Positions 39,083-50,614 of a DNA stretch of 64,000 nt are shown here, in pieces. The notes beneath the pieces were generated by a model that ran no database searches, had not been told where the DNA came from, and saw only the letters and a list, made by a program, of their open reading frames with translations. How positions within the stretch are numbered: position 1 is the stretch's first letter; each line of letters opens with the position of its first letter. The position numbers were made by a program, and so were the translations under genes. The DNA comes from a virus (taxonomy: Duplodnaviria; Caudoviricetes), in IMG/VR virus record IMGVR_UViG_3300005438_000120, positions 1 through 64,000 of that record; one strand, written 5' to 3'.

Positions 39083-39706
39083 ATGAGCGCAGCAAAGAAA
39101 CGGATAGAGCTGGTCGTTACATCGTCGCCGGTAGACTCAACCGCCGCGCGAGTGATGCGGCAAGGCGATAACTTCGAATCGGCTAGACGGATACCGCCTA
39201 CGCGCTTTCACTCTGACACGCCAACGCAAACCTATCCCTTCATCGGCTTGCGCGAACACGACATGACCGGAGTGCGATGGGGATCGTTCGTCGTCATCGG
39301 ATGGGTAGGCAAGCTGAATCCGAAAAAGAAAAGCTGTTGGTTGGTACGGTGCCTCTGCGGCAGGTACGAAATGCGCCACGCGAACGTGATGGCGAAACCG
39401 CCCTCGACTGGCAGCCAATGTCACCATTGCGAAACAACGCTACAACTCCGCAGTCGTTCGTCAAAGTCGCAAACGAACGTCCGGCAGTTCGTTCCGCCAG
39501 AACTTCGATGCGAGCATGGTCGCGACAGCCGTTCGTGTAGTCGCTGCACGGCTACGTCATTTTGTGGATGCTGCGGCAATCCTTGCTCCGTTAATAGTTG
39601 GTGGTGCAAGCTGTGTAAGCCGCATGTCAGCCACGAGGGACCGCTCGCGGAGCAAACCTACTTAGCGCAACACGGGACCGCTTGTCCGTTCACGGAGGCG
39701 TACTGA
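39083..39706 (+). CDS. Cys-rich protein with a homing-endonuclease-associated DNA-binding module
   Basis: DMTGVRWGSFVVIG..WLVRCLCG. Confidence 0.5.
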   Translation: MSAAKKRIELVVTSSPVDSTAARVMRQGDNFESARRIPPTRFHSDTPTQTYPFIGLREHDMTGVRWGSFVVIGWVGKLNPKKKSCWLVRCLCGRYEMRHANVMAKPPSTGSQCHHCETTLQLRSRSSKSQTNVRQFVPPELRCEHGRDSRSCSRCTATSFCGCCGNPCSVNSWWCKLCKPHVSHEGPLAEQTYLAQHGTACPFTEAY

Positions 39707-39906
39707 TGACGCGCAAGGCGCGCGAGCGCAGGTACCGCGCGGCGCCCATGCGGTCGGAGGGCTTGTGATTCACGTCATCCCCGACAGCTCCGTTTGCGCG
39801 AAGTGCCACGCGAAAGTAACGGACGCAGAATGGCGGGCGCACTTGCTCGCCTGCCAAGGAATCGACTTGCCGGAACATCCGCGCGTGTTCTATAACGGCG
39901 TAGAGA

Positions 39907-40323
39907 TCACGATACCGCGCGCCTATGCCACTCTTCCCGCAATCTCCAACACGACATCCACAGGAAAGCGATAACCTGAAACGGCAGCGTTTCGGTATCT
40001 AAGGCGTCGTGATGGAACGGACACAGAGGGATGCAGGAAGCATCGGACCCTTTGATTCCAGTTCCACCGTGCTCTAAATGTGCCGCCTCTATCGGCGCTC
40101 TGTCGCCGATCGTGCCGCAAGGCTTTTCGAATCGCGCAAGCAAGCATGGCTTCGTTCGAATCCACGCGCGATACGCCGCGTCCCTGAGGTAGCGTTCTTT
40201 CGGTAACGCTAATCCATCGAATTCGATGCGGCCTTCGGTTGGGCGATACTTAGATTTCGGGAACGCCAACTTACTCGCCGGTTCGTCAGGATCAATCTCT
40301 GGCCTTAGCTTGCGGCGAATCAC
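39907..40323 (-). CDS. DUF968-like HNH nuclease
   Basis: YRAWIRTKPCL..EAAHL..GIKGSD..IPLCPFHH. Confidence 0.75.
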   Translation of the reverse strand: MIRRKLRPEIDPDEPASKLAFPKSKYRPTEGRIEFDGLALPKERYLRDAAYRAWIRTKPCLLARFEKPCGTIGDRAPIEAAHLEHGGTGIKGSDASCIPLCPFHHDALDTETLPFQVIAFLWMSCWRLREEWHRRAVS

Positions 40324-40746
40324 GCGATGCGCGCCTCGGGAAACCTTCCGCGCGATTCGACAAACGCCATTATCTCAAACTCGGCGATCTTGACCATGGC
40401 GCGGAAACACGGCACGCAGAAGTTGCGTACGCTGACTACGGATCGCGGCGTTAACTGTTGCCGCGTTGCGATCACGTCACCTTCCGCTCCGCAGGCGTGG
40501 CAGAGCGAGTCGGTTTCGATTTCGGCACTGACGCTCATGCGCTCGCCTTCATAACTCGCACTACCGCCTCATCAAATTGATCCTGCGTCGTCACGATTTC
40601 GCATATTACGCAGCCGATCTTCGAACCTTCCATAAACGTGACCGGCGAGTCAACGTAAAAAGCAATGAACCGCTGAAGATGACGGCATAGCTCCTTTGGG
40701 TCGGAGTCGCCGACGATTGCGGCCAGAAGCCGCTCCTCCGCCGCGT

Positions 40747-41331
40747 TCATGGCGTTGCCTGCTGAGCCGGAAACCGAAACGACGCGAAGTTGCCGCCTTT
40801 CGCCTTGTGCTGCCGGAGCGCGGCGGTAACGACGAATCCGCGTTTCGTAATCGTGACTTTCTTTCCGAGATCGGGTTCGCCGCGCGTCGCGAGAATGCCC
40901 GCCGCAACTAAATCCTGCACGCAATCCCAATCGCAATGCCGATCAGCGAAGCGGCCATCGGCGAGCCGCGTCGGGTACCTGTTGTCGCCGTCGATCTTCA
41001 CGCGCCCGAACAGATTCTCTTTCGCCGGAGCTGATTGCGCGATGCGCCAACAGCGGCGGCATGTCCGCATGCGCGGATCGCCCTTGATCCGGAACTCGCG
41101 GTGGTCAACGATGCGCATTTCGATATACGCGAGAGTTGACCAGTGATCTTTGCCGAACAACTCAATCGGCACGTGCGCATCAGCGAATTCGGACGTGTGC
41201 CCCGCGCCGCATCCGCATGACGGCAGCAATTTCTCGCCGCCGCCGTCCTCCAGCGGATTGCCGTGAACGCAACGGGGGAGCGGGTAATTCGTTTCGGCCC
41301 ATTCGATCGCGAGTGCGAGTGCGTCACTCAT
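40747..41331 (-). CDS. Hypothetical phage protein
   Basis: FGKDHWSTLAYIE..YPTRL..HCDWDC. Confidence 0.55.
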   Translation of the reverse strand: MSDALALAIEWAETNYPLPRCVHGNPLEDGGGEKLLPSCGCGAGHTSEFADAHVPIELFGKDHWSTLAYIEMRIVDHREFRIKGDPRMRTCRRCWRIAQSAPAKENLFGRVKIDGDNRYPTRLADGRFADRHCDWDCVQDLVAAGILATRGEPDLGKKVTITKRGFVVTAALRQHKAKGGNFASFRFPAQQATP

Positions 41332-42091
41332 TGCTCACTCCGATCAGGCGAACCGTGTGCGCGCTGGCGATTTGGCGACGCAGATTTTCGATATCGCTCC
41401 CGCGATCATCGTCGCCGTTGTCTAAGGCGTGCGCAGCAATCTCATTCAGGCCAGCGATCAGCATCAGCTTTTCATTATCAGTGAGCGTGTAGTTGTTCAC
41501 GATTGTGCCTTCCCATATTTCTTCGCCACATCCGCCTCATCCTGCCGACGTGAGCACGCGAAGAACTTCACGCATCGCGTCCCGCCAAGCTCCACAAAGT
41601 CTGCCGCGTCGCGCGAGCTGAAGCCGCACTTCGTGCAGACGATAGGCTCCGCGAGTTCGAACGTGGTCCGCTTTTCCGTGGTGCGTGCGCTGTCTGCATT
41701 TGCCATAGAGAGAGTATCGGTTCGCGGCTGCGCGATGTCAAGACAATTCATGAGCGACTCCTGCGTTCGCGATATTCTGCGAGGTCAAGTTCAAGAGTTT
41801 CTTTCGGTGTGGGCCATTCTCGCCACTGATGTCCGGCGCGCGCATCATCGTGAAGATGTTTCGAAATCGAGCACCGAACTGGCATGCCCGGCGTTCCTGC
41901 GGTCAGATGTCCACAGCACTGCCGTCCTCGTTGGTACTCATGAAAGCGCGCCTTGCAACCCTGACCTACGCCCTGATCGTGCGGCGGGTAGCAATCGAGG
42001 CAGAGCCGCGCGTGACCAGACTCCATGAAGGTCATCGCGAATCCCCAACAGCAGGAACACGTAGAAGGCTTCTCAACTCGGCGGAAATCGC

Positions 42092-43156
42092 TCACCGGCT
42101 CACTACCTTGACCACATCACGCGGCGCGAGGAACGGCTTACCTTCCGGCCCCTTCACGAACGGAGCGATATAGATCAACCTCACGACCCATCGATGCTGC
42201 CATTCGCGCTCCGTTTCGCCGGTCTCTCGTTCGGCGTACACGCGGCGCAACCGCACGACCATCACTTTCGGGAGCGGCTTGTTGGCGCGCTGCGCGGCGC
42301 GAGTAGCCTGACGCGGCAATCTCGCTGACTCGCGCTGCACGACTTCAAGCTCCATGAAGCCAAGCAACGCTGCGATGTCAATCCAAAACTGCCCCTTGTT
42401 GTAATTGATCTCGCCGCGCGGGATGTTTTTGTCAATCCACTTGTCAGAGCGCAAAGCGAGCAGTTCGCCGCGCCGGATGTGCGTTGATCCGATCTGAAGT
42501 GGCTTCCGTGCGCCACGAGTCCAGAACGCCACGGCGTAGCATTCGGTCTCGCCGATCGAGAGAATCACCGCCATGTCGCTCAGCAGAAGAATCGAGGCGC
42601 ATGGCTTCGCGTCGAATGGCATTCCGACAAAGGCATCAGCACCGCGAAGCGCTGCCCGCTGCAAGTCAGCATCCCACGCGATGATCTCCGCGTTGGTAGC
42701 TGCGCGCATCTGCTCAACCGGAATCCTTTCGTCCGTGCCGGTGAAAAACTCACCGAGCAACGCGTCTCGGGCCTCGATTGCATCGAACGGCGTTCGTGTG
42801 GCGTTGTGGAGCTTTTCGATTACCCGCGCGAGTCGTGCTCGCTGAGGAATGACCTTAGAATCGTTGCACTTGTTGCAACATCTTCCTTCGTACGGGGCCG
42901 CGCTATTACCGCATAGGATCACTTCGCCGCCGCAGAGGTCGCAGACGTGATAGCCCTTCGCGACGATGCCGCTCCTTCCGCAAACATGCTCAGCGGCGTT
43001 GCGTACCGCGAATGCACCTTCGTCCCCATCTTTCGGCATCGTGCCTTCGAGCATCAGTCGATTGCCGTCCGGTAGGTCTACGGTGAATTGATCGTCCGTA
43101 CCCTCAACCGGCGACATCGGCAACTCGATATCGTTCGTCTCGGCATCATCGCTCAC
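42092..43156 (-). CDS. Hypothetical phage protein
   Basis: Coupled to the GHKL gene; C-terminal IYIAPFVKGPEGKP. Confidence 0.55.
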   Translation of the reverse strand: MSDDAETNDIELPMSPVEGTDDQFTVDLPDGNRLMLEGTMPKDGDEGAFAVRNAAEHVCGRSGIVAKGYHVCDLCGGEVILCGNSAAPYEGRCCNKCNDSKVIPQRARLARVIEKLHNATRTPFDAIEARDALLGEFFTGTDERIPVEQMRAATNAEIIAWDADLQRAALRGADAFVGMPFDAKPCASILLLSDMAVILSIGETECYAVAFWTRGARKPLQIGSTHIRRGELLALRSDKWIDKNIPRGEINYNKGQFWIDIAALLGFMELEVVQRESARLPRQATRAAQRANKPLPKVMVVRLRRVYAERETGETEREWQHRWVVRLIYIAPFVKGPEGKPFLAPRDVVKVVSR

Positions 43157-44583
43157 GGTCCCGCCTCTCGGTACATCTTCGCGAGCAACGCCCCGAGTCG
43201 GCAGCACTCCTCGTGAAACGAATTACTCAGGTGGTCCGACACGCGATCGTGCGCGAGTTCGTGCAACAGCAACTCATTCAGCGCGTCCTCGTCAAGCGTA
43301 TCTTCGCGCAGCGTCGGCACGCGCGGCACATTGACGATCAGTTCCGAATCTCCGTAGCAAGCGACGAAGGGCCAATTGCGATCGTTTGCGAAATGCACGG
43401 CGATCTCCTTGCCTATGATCCGTTCCGCTACACGCTTCGCATGACTCCGCGCCCGCAGCATCACTGGGGTCTCCACGTCTACCATCTTCAGCGGCTTCCC
43501 TCCGGGCTTGAACGGTTTCGGCGATGGTGTAACCTTCCCGGCAGGCAGCAACGCTGCCGCGCTCCGTACGTTCCGCCACGCATCAGCAGAATACGCGCCG
43601 CCCGGAACGACGGTGAATCCTTGCGTGACGGCGATCTTCGTCCCTTCGGTGTCCGATGGATCGTTGATTACTGCGCGATCTCCGAACTGAAGTTTCACGA
43701 CAGCGCGTACGGCATCCTGCGAAACGTCGGGATCTTCCATCGCGTTGCGAACCCACGGCGCGCGCGAATCGTCATCACGAAGCTCGCCGAACGTCGCCGA
43801 CAGAACGACCGCTCGGAGTTGCTGAAGATACGCAGACGTCACGTTATCGCGATTCATGTTCAGCGGTATTTTCTGATGGACGTTGTAGTGAAACTTTTCG
43901 CCGGTAGCGACTACCGGAATCCCCATTTCGAAGATGTGCGCTTCCTCGCCTTCACGGACACGCCAGACCGCAACCAGCGTCTTTCGAAGGGAGCGGCGCA
44001 GGATGCCTGTGCCGTCGCTGATTTCTGTCGGCAATGTCGCCGAGGGCGCAGCAATGAGGTCCGCGTAGTCGCGTTTGATCGGAACGTCATTAAGCGTCAC
44101 TGCAATCTGCGTCGGCGGGATGATGAGGCGCAGGAGATCGCACGCGGCGCGGAGTTCGTCGCGCGTCATCGAAATCAACGCGGAGAATCGCGAGCCTTGT
44201 TTCGTTTTCTCGCGCAGCCGATGACGGCCTTGCGCATCGAAACGAACAGCGCCAGTGGTCGTCGTGATTGTCGCTTCACGGCAGAGCGAGAGGATCAGCT
44301 TCTCGCCGAGATTGAAGCGCCCGCGCTTCTCAGGGTTCGCTTTGCGGCTTGACTCCGCGAACAACGTCCATGCGTGTGCGAGATTTTCGAAACCGAGAGG
44401 CGAGTCATCCGTGACGGTCAGTAGCGCGGTTGCTTGATTCGCGATCGGATGCAGCACCAAATCTACGCGCGTCGTTCCTTCGGCATCGAAAGCATTCTGA
44501 GCGAGTTCCAGAATCGCCGCAGACTTGCCGCGCGCATCTAGCAGCTTGCGAAGTCCTTCCTTGTCCACATCGAACCAGTTCAT
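43153..44583 (-). CDS. GHKL (HATPase_c_3) ATPase with a C-terminal HExxH motif
   Basis: ELAQNAFDA, VTDDSPLGF, RGRFNLGEK; LLLHELAH..H. Confidence 0.8.
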   Translation of the reverse strand: MNWFDVDKEGLRKLLDARGKSAAILELAQNAFDAEGTTRVDLVLHPIANQATALLTVTDDSPLGFENLAHAWTLFAESSRKANPEKRGRFNLGEKLILSLCREATITTTTGAVRFDAQGRHRLREKTKQGSRFSALISMTRDELRAACDLLRLIIPPTQIAVTLNDVPIKRDYADLIAAPSATLPTEISDGTGILRRSLRKTLVAVWRVREGEEAHIFEMGIPVVATGEKFHYNVHQKIPLNMNRDNVTSAYLQQLRAVVLSATFGELRDDDSRAPWVRNAMEDPDVSQDAVRAVVKLQFGDRAVINDPSDTEGTKIAVTQGFTVVPGGAYSADAWRNVRSAAALLPAGKVTPSPKPFKPGGKPLKMVDVETPVMLRARSHAKRVAERIIGKEIAVHFANDRNWPFVACYGDSELIVNVPRVPTLREDTLDEDALNELLLHELAHDRVSDHLSNSFHEECCRLGALLAKMYREAGP

Positions 44584-45068
44584 GACTTCACCTTGCGCGA
44601 AGCGTCGAGAACGAACCGCACCACATCGGCAACGTCAACGCCAGCCGCGAACGACGGAGGATCGTCCTTCGTGAACGCGACGATCGGATTGAAGTCCGCG
44701 CCGTTCGTTCGCCAGCCACCGAAGCAACGGAAGTTTTTCGTGACGGCGGTAACGATTGCGGCGACTATATCGACTTTCGGCGCTCGCTTTTTGTCGGCGA
44801 TACGAACGACAGGAAAGCTCCATCCGCGCGAAGGATTCTCGTTCCATCCGACCGCGTAACCGTTTTCGAGTTCGTACCAAGTCAGCACGAATTTTTCGCG
44901 ACCCGGCCACGGCTTGACGCGGCCATCATGCGCGGCGGTTACGATGATGTGCGCGAATCGACGCGAACGTTCGCCGCTAAACTCAAAACCTGAGAACTCA
45001 TGCGGGAGCGCGTCACCGAGCGTTTTGCCGATTTTGTAATCTAGGTTCATCATTTGCGTTGCCTCCAT
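44580..45068 (-). CDS. Hypothetical protein (leaderless)
   Basis: Follows TTGACA-17-TATGAT; GWNENPSRGWSFPV. Confidence 0.6.
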   Translation of the reverse strand: MEATQMMNLDYKIGKTLGDALPHEFSGFEFSGERSRRFAHIIVTAAHDGRVKPWPGREKFVLTWYELENGYAVGWNENPSRGWSFPVVRIADKKRAPKVDIVAAIVTAVTKNFRCFGGWRTNGADFNPIVAFTKDDPPSFAAGVDVADVVRFVLDASRKVKS

Positions 45069-45145
45069 TTGCAAATCATACTACCGCGCAGGCGCGATGT
45101 CAAGCGTTGACTTTTCATCCCGCCCGCGCGTACGATACCCTCTCG
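45069..45145. promoter_or_regulatory. Back-to-back divergent promoters
   Basis: Minus strand TTGACA(45103)-17-TATGAT. Plus strand TTGACT(45107)-18-TACGAT. Confidence 0.7.
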
Positions 45146-45526
45146 ATGGGACTTGACGAAGCAACAATCCAGCAAGCGCGATCCGAAATCGGCAGACGTG
45201 GCGCGGTCGCGCTGAACAACAGCCGCACAAAAAAAGAACGCAGCGCAGCCGCGAAAATAGCCGGGGCAGCGGGCATCGAGTCGCGGAAGAAATGCCGACA
45301 CCCGAAACACCGTCGCGAGATCGCCTGCGGATTTTGCGCGCGAACTTTGGAGCGGATGGTAGACGGAGAAATGACGCGAGTTGAGATTCGCGCATCGAAC
45401 GTTGCACCGACTGCCGCGACTCTCGCGTGCGTCATCGCTCGGATGGAATGCAAACACCCGAAGGCGAGGCGGCGCGTAATCTGCGGATTCTGCCGTAAGC
45501 CGGTAGGCGCGAAGCCCGTAAGCTAG
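45146..45526 (+). CDS. Small basic protein with a duplicated CxHPKxRRxxxCGFC motif
   Basis: CRHPKHRREIACGFC and CKHPKARRRVICGFC. Confidence 0.6.
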   Translation: MGLDEATIQQARSEIGRRGAVALNNSRTKKERSAAAKIAGAAGIESRKKCRHPKHRREIACGFCARTLERMVDGEMTRVEIRASNVAPTAATLACVIARMECKHPKARRRVICGFCRKPVGAKPVS

Positions 45527-46220
45527 TTCACTATTTCGCGGCAGGTGCGAATCGCCGAGTCGGTTACTTAGTCAGCGGCGTGCCGTAGACGCTCGGTGGC
45601 GTCGGCGGCGCTTCGCTGAAGTCAATGTAATACTCGATCCCCGGCTTGAAGAACTCGGCGGCGCTCGGGTTGTTGATGGTCATCTTCAGTTCACCGTTCG
45701 GCGTCGCATCCCAAAACGATTTGTTCTCATGCTCGGGGTTGGTCGAGTAGACTGGCTTCAAGGTGATCTGTCGTTGCGGCGGGTTGATTGAGTAGACGTT
45801 AATGTCCGAGACGAAGAACTTGGCGCGGACTTGGGAAAGCGCGTTGGGTTTGGTGCACTCCGGGCAATCGACGTGGCCGGAATCGTTGATCGGAAGAGTA
45901 ATGTTAGACATTGAGTCGCTCCTTTTGTGATGCGTCGTGCTTCTAACTGCGTTGAACTGCTCGGCGATTCGCAGTAAAAGTGTAGCACGCGCCCTACCTT
46001 TTCTTCGCTTCCTTGTCTCATCTTTCATGAGAACAGTTGACGAAGCCTACGCGGAGTTCCAAGCCGTCTACCATCCCGACGCCCTGCTAGATGTAACCCT
46101 CGCTTCCGGCGAAACGTGGCCGCGCAAAGACGTGCGAGATATCGTCGCCAGAATCAAGCGGCGCACGGATCGCGGAGAACGTGTTGAGATCGTGGCCGTT
46201 GCGCCGTCTGAACAAATAGC

Positions 46221-46249
46221 TTGACATCGCGCGGGCGCGATACTATTGT
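46221..46249 (+). promoter_or_regulatory. Promoter TTGACA-17-TATTGT
   Basis: Carries the TTGACATCGCG motif; ATG lies 7 nt after the -10. Confidence 0.65.
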
Positions 46250-46727
46250 TCCGCTCATGGAGGCCAACATGGAAGCCAACGAAACGGTAGCAACGCAGCG
46301 CGACGTAGATTACCGCCAAGTGCGCATCGAACGAGTCAAACCGCAATGCTTCGAAGCAATCGAGACGATGCGCCGCTTTCTCGACGACGCGACGCGCGAG
46401 ATATCCCGTGATTCTACGGGGCCGGAACAGGCGATCAGCGTTACAACGACAAAACTTGCGTGGGGTTTCGCTAACGCGAGCGGTTGTCTTTCGAACGCAC
46501 TTGTGGCGCTCGAAGACGCACGGAAGATCGGTGAAAATAGATCGCTGCTTCGCGTGTGATCGTAAGATCGGGAAGCGAGGACCGTGCGATGCAGATACGC
46601 GTGACGATCAAATCGTTTACGTCGGCGAGGAGTGCGCGAAGAAAATTCGCGCGGCTGGTGACGCCGGGTATCAGCCGCCGCTCGGTGGACCGAAACTTTA
46701 CCCGATGCCGCAGATGTGGAGCGCATC

Positions 46728-47651
46728 ATGAAAACGGATCGCAGAGCAACGCACGCAGGCCAATGTCAGGCCTGCGGTTCAACGCAAAAGCTCCCGCTCG
46801 GCGTACTTGCGCAGCATGGCTATGAAGTCAAGTGGCATCAGTTCGAGGGCGTCTGCGTCGGCCACGGTCATCTTCCGTACGAACTGAGCGCAGAACTTCT
46901 GCCGGGACTGATCGAAGCCGCGAAGGTTCGACGCGAGCGGATGCTTGACGCGCAACGCGACCTTCGCATCCCAACTTCGGAGAATCGCGTTGATTACGTC
47001 TTCAATCGCTACGACCGTCGATTCGCTTTCGGTGAAGCAGCACACGTTGAAACTGAAACTCGCGCGAGGGGCGATCATTCGTGGCTGCTGTACTTCGCCG
47101 TAGCCGAACGTGACGGACTTCGCGAAGGCGTTCCGAGTTACCTGACGCCCGCCGAAGTGACGGACGCGCTGTCGCTCGTGAATCACCTGCGCCAGCGTAA
47201 CGCTGATGACATTGAGCCGCGCATCCTTGCCGAAACTTCGTACATCAAGTGGCAGACGAAACGCCTTGCCGATTGGAAGGTTCGCCCGCTACGCGAGGTA
47301 GTCGAAATCGAAGCGAAGGAAGCGGAGAAAAAGAAAGCGGCGCTAGACGAGAAGCGTGCGGCGCGTGACGCGAAGGAACGGGCGAAGATTCTCCGCGATG
47401 GCGAACGTGCGGCGCGACTGATTGCGAAATTCGAAAAACTCGTTCCTGCCGATATTCGCGCGAGTCTCCCGCGCTACACGCACGAAAGTCTCCAGAAAGA
47501 GTTGCGGCGGCGCAACCTTGAACGATTGCCTTCGACTGTAGGCTATCTTCTTTCCGATTGCCTGAGTCAAGCGATCGGCGAAAAAGGATTCCGATTCGTT
47601 CCGGACCCTTGGAAGCAAGTTGAGGCCGCGAACAAGCTGCGCGAGCAATAG
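46728..47651 (+). CDS. Hypothetical phage protein
   Basis: ATHAGQCQACG..LAQHGY..GVCVG..PYE. Confidence 0.65.
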   Translation: MKTDRRATHAGQCQACGSTQKLPLGVLAQHGYEVKWHQFEGVCVGHGHLPYELSAELLPGLIEAAKVRRERMLDAQRDLRIPTSENRVDYVFNRYDRRFAFGEAAHVETETRARGDHSWLLYFAVAERDGLREGVPSYLTPAEVTDALSLVNHLRQRNADDIEPRILAETSYIKWQTKRLADWKVRPLREVVEIEAKEAEKKKAALDEKRAARDAKERAKILRDGERAARLIAKFEKLVPADIRASLPRYTHESLQKELRRRNLERLPSTVGYLLSDCLSQAIGEKGFRFVPDPWKQVEAANKLREQ

Positions 47652-49469
47652 CGCTCGCGCGAAAGGAACCAAAATCATGAACGACGACACACACGAACTG
47701 GCAGACGGCTTCCAATTCACACACAAGCGCGGCAACACGATTTCGGTTGAGGATGAGGAAGGCAACGAACTTTACTGCGTCACGCTTGATGTCGATCGCA
47801 ACCTGAAATCCATCCTGAACGCGACTCTACACGCGTATCATCGCGGCTACGGTCTCGGCAATGCGTGCGGTCGTGACGGGCTCGCTCGGGAGTTGCGCCA
47901 TTTGCTCGTAGCAGCCGAAGAGAAGGACGCGCTTTGAGCGAACCAGTCTCCCCTGCTATTCATGGCGATGCGCAAATGGCGGCGCACTGCTGGCGAACGC
48001 GCAATCGGCATTTGTCCGCGCTTGACGATATCCGCATCATCATTGATGCGCATCCTCCGCGAGTCGCCGCGTACATCGCTGCCTATGTCGCGCTCGCCGA
48101 TCCTGATTTTGTTGATTGGCTCGGCGACGGAATGCCGGATAGCGCAAGGAAGTCATGAAGTCCAATCGCATGAGGGCCAGCGAGCCAACCGTAACCCTCC
48201 ACGTCGAACTCACCGCCGACGAACTCGACGTGATCTGCGCGGACTTGTTGCATTGCGCGGAACTCAGCTACGCCAGGCCGAAACTACTGACCGACTCACA
48301 GGCGCTTGCGCATCGAATTGCACGGGGTGATATGCGCGTAGAGCTTGCTGGCAGGATTCGTCGCATTGCAATGGGCGGTGAGCCGTGAGCCGCTGTAAAT
48401 GCTGCGAGATCGAACTCACGCCCGAAACCGAAACGGATTTCGGCGAGGCGCCGCTCTATAAGCCGTGCAGCCGTGAGGCATGGCGCGGTTTCGAATCGGC
48501 TAAGTCATGGCAAACCGAATGGCCCGATGGCAGCGCTAACGACCGTCAATGGTGGTGGCTGTACGCGCGTTGTTGGGGCGACGCGGAGCCGAAGTTGTAC
48601 TCGGTCAATGTGTGGAAGATCGCGAATGGTACAGCGTGGGTTGCGAGCGGCCATTTCATATTTCCGCAGGATGTCGAAGGACCACCGGCACTTTGGCAGC
48701 GTGCGACGTTGCCGGAACTTCCAAGCGACGAGGCATCCGAATTGACCGCGATTCGCGCGTCAGGACCGTGCGCCTGCGGTGAAGTTGAGATCATGGTTGG
48801 ACGAATCGCAACAGTTACCGGCGTGCATACGCTTCAACATTGCATCAGCCATGAGGGTATCGAAGGGCTTCGCAAGCTGGGAATGATCTCCTCTAGTGAT
48901 GCCGATGCGCTTTCTGCGATTCCATGGAAAAGTGTGACGCGATGACTCGGCATCGTCACGACTCGCTGCCCTCTGACGCCGAACAATCGGTCCTCGAAAT
49001 CTTGAACGGATCAGCGGAGTCGCTGCTTCCGGCTCAGCTTGCGGAGCAACTATGGCCGCAGGCGCGCGGATGGGATGTCGTGTCGGGATGCGGAAACCGG
49101 AACACAGCGCGACGCGGCGGGCAGATGGGCGCGGCGGCGGGAACTATCTTGTGGCGCTTGCATCGGCGCGGACTCGTGACGTACGACTACTATCACGGAA
49201 CGCGCAGACGGTGGTGGATCAGCCGCGATGGGCAGCAATTGCTGCGCGAACTTCACGTCATCTAACCTTTCGGCCACACACTAAACAGATACGCCAGTGC
49301 TAGGCAGAGCTGCCCTGCCGGTGAGAAGCGGAAGTGCGCAGGCTCCTGCGCTCCAAAAGTAGCTAGACCGAAAAACACTGCCGCAAGCAAAATCAACGCG
49401 AGTGTCACCATGCTCGAATCTCCTTCCGCTAATCATGCCCTCGCTTTCGTTCTACGTCAAAACTTTCGC

Positions 49470-49498
49470 TTGACTTCGCGGCGGCGGGGTGAAATGAT
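49470..49498 (+). promoter_or_regulatory. Promoter TTGACT-17-AATGAT ahead of the recombination operon
   Basis: Near-copy of 6347-6375. Confidence 0.65.
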
Positions 49499-49834
49499 TG
49501 AGCACATGAAAACGGCGCGAAAACTCGGCGGCACACTTCCCGAAACTACGGAGCTTGAGCGCGGGATTCACGCGGAGCATGTACGGCTCGCGAATGAGAT
49601 TAACGGAGAGACCATCAGGCTTCAGCAAGCGGAGATTTCGAAGCAGACCGCGCGCGCGAATGAGGCGGAGCGCGCCATCGCTGACGTTATTTGCGCGGCG
49701 TACGCATTTGACAGCAACCCGCTCGGTCTCTACGAAGCGATACGCAAGTTAGCGTTGCGCTACGCGTCGGACGAACGAGACAAGGTCGTGCGCCTCATGG
49801 ACATCGAACGTAGCCGACAGCGCAAGGAGTCGAA

Positions 49835-50614
49835 ATGACGACAGTTGAAGTAGCTACCAAGCGAGACTTATCCGACTCCGGCGCGCAGGAAAACGCAGTC
49901 GAGTTGCGCGACACACTTTTAGGCGTGATCGCACGCGCCGCTTCCGACCCGAGCGTTGACGTAGCGAAGATGGAGCGGTTGCTCGAAATGCAGATGACGG
50001 TCATGGCGCGTTCCGCAGAATCGTCATTCAATCAGGCGCTCGCGCGTCTTCAGCCGCGACTTCCGCGCATCACGAAAAATGGTGCGATCGTGCTGAAAGA
50101 TGGAACGACCAAAATCAAATACGCGCGCTACTCGGATATTTGTGACGCGATCATGCCCCTACTCACAGAAGAGGGATTCACGATTTCGTACAGCTCGGAT
50201 TTGGTTCCTGCCGGAAATTTGTTGAAGATTACTGTGACCGTACGTCACATTGACGGCCATCAGGACTCAGGCTCAGTGTTCCTCCCGCTCGCTGACGACA
50301 CTGGCGCCAAGAACAGGGTGCAGGGAGCTGGCTCAATCTACAGCTACGGTAAGCGATACGCGCTAAGTCAATACCTGAACATCGTTACGGAAGACGAGGA
50401 CGATAACGGTATGCAAGGCGCCGGATTGCCAATCGACGATAAAAAAGTCGGCACTATTCTCGACTTGATCGCCGATATCAAAGACAGCGGAAAGACCTTC
50501 AACGATGACGGTTTCCTGAAACTCATGAAGGTCAGCCGCATCGAGGACATCACGAACGGACAATACGATACGGCTATATCAGCGCTCAATCAGAAACGGA
50601 AGAAGTCACAGTGA
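49835..50614 (+). CDS. erf: ERF-family single-strand annealing protein
   Basis: DPSVDVAKMERLL..KYARYSDI..QGAGSIYSYGKRYAL..EDEDDNG. Confidence 0.9.
   Translation: MTTVEVATKRDLSDSGAQENAVELRDTLLGVIARAASDPSVDVAKMERLLEMQMTVMARSAESSFNQALARLQPRLPRITKNGAIVLKDGTTKIKYARYSDICDAIMPLLTEEGFTISYSSDLVPAGNLLKITVTVRHIDGHQDSGSVFLPLADDTGAKNRVQGAGSIYSYGKRYALSQYLNIVTEDEDDNGMQGAGLPIDDKKVGTILDLIADIKDSGKTFNDDGFLKLMKVSRIEDITNGQYDTAISALNQKRKKSQ

Noticed and set aside
43213-44352. Long antisense ORFs (e.g. 43213-44352, 8229-8897, 20758-21480, 25228-26094)
   Set aside because: These are shadows of well-supported genes on the opposite strand in GC-rich DNA and have no recognisable motifs.
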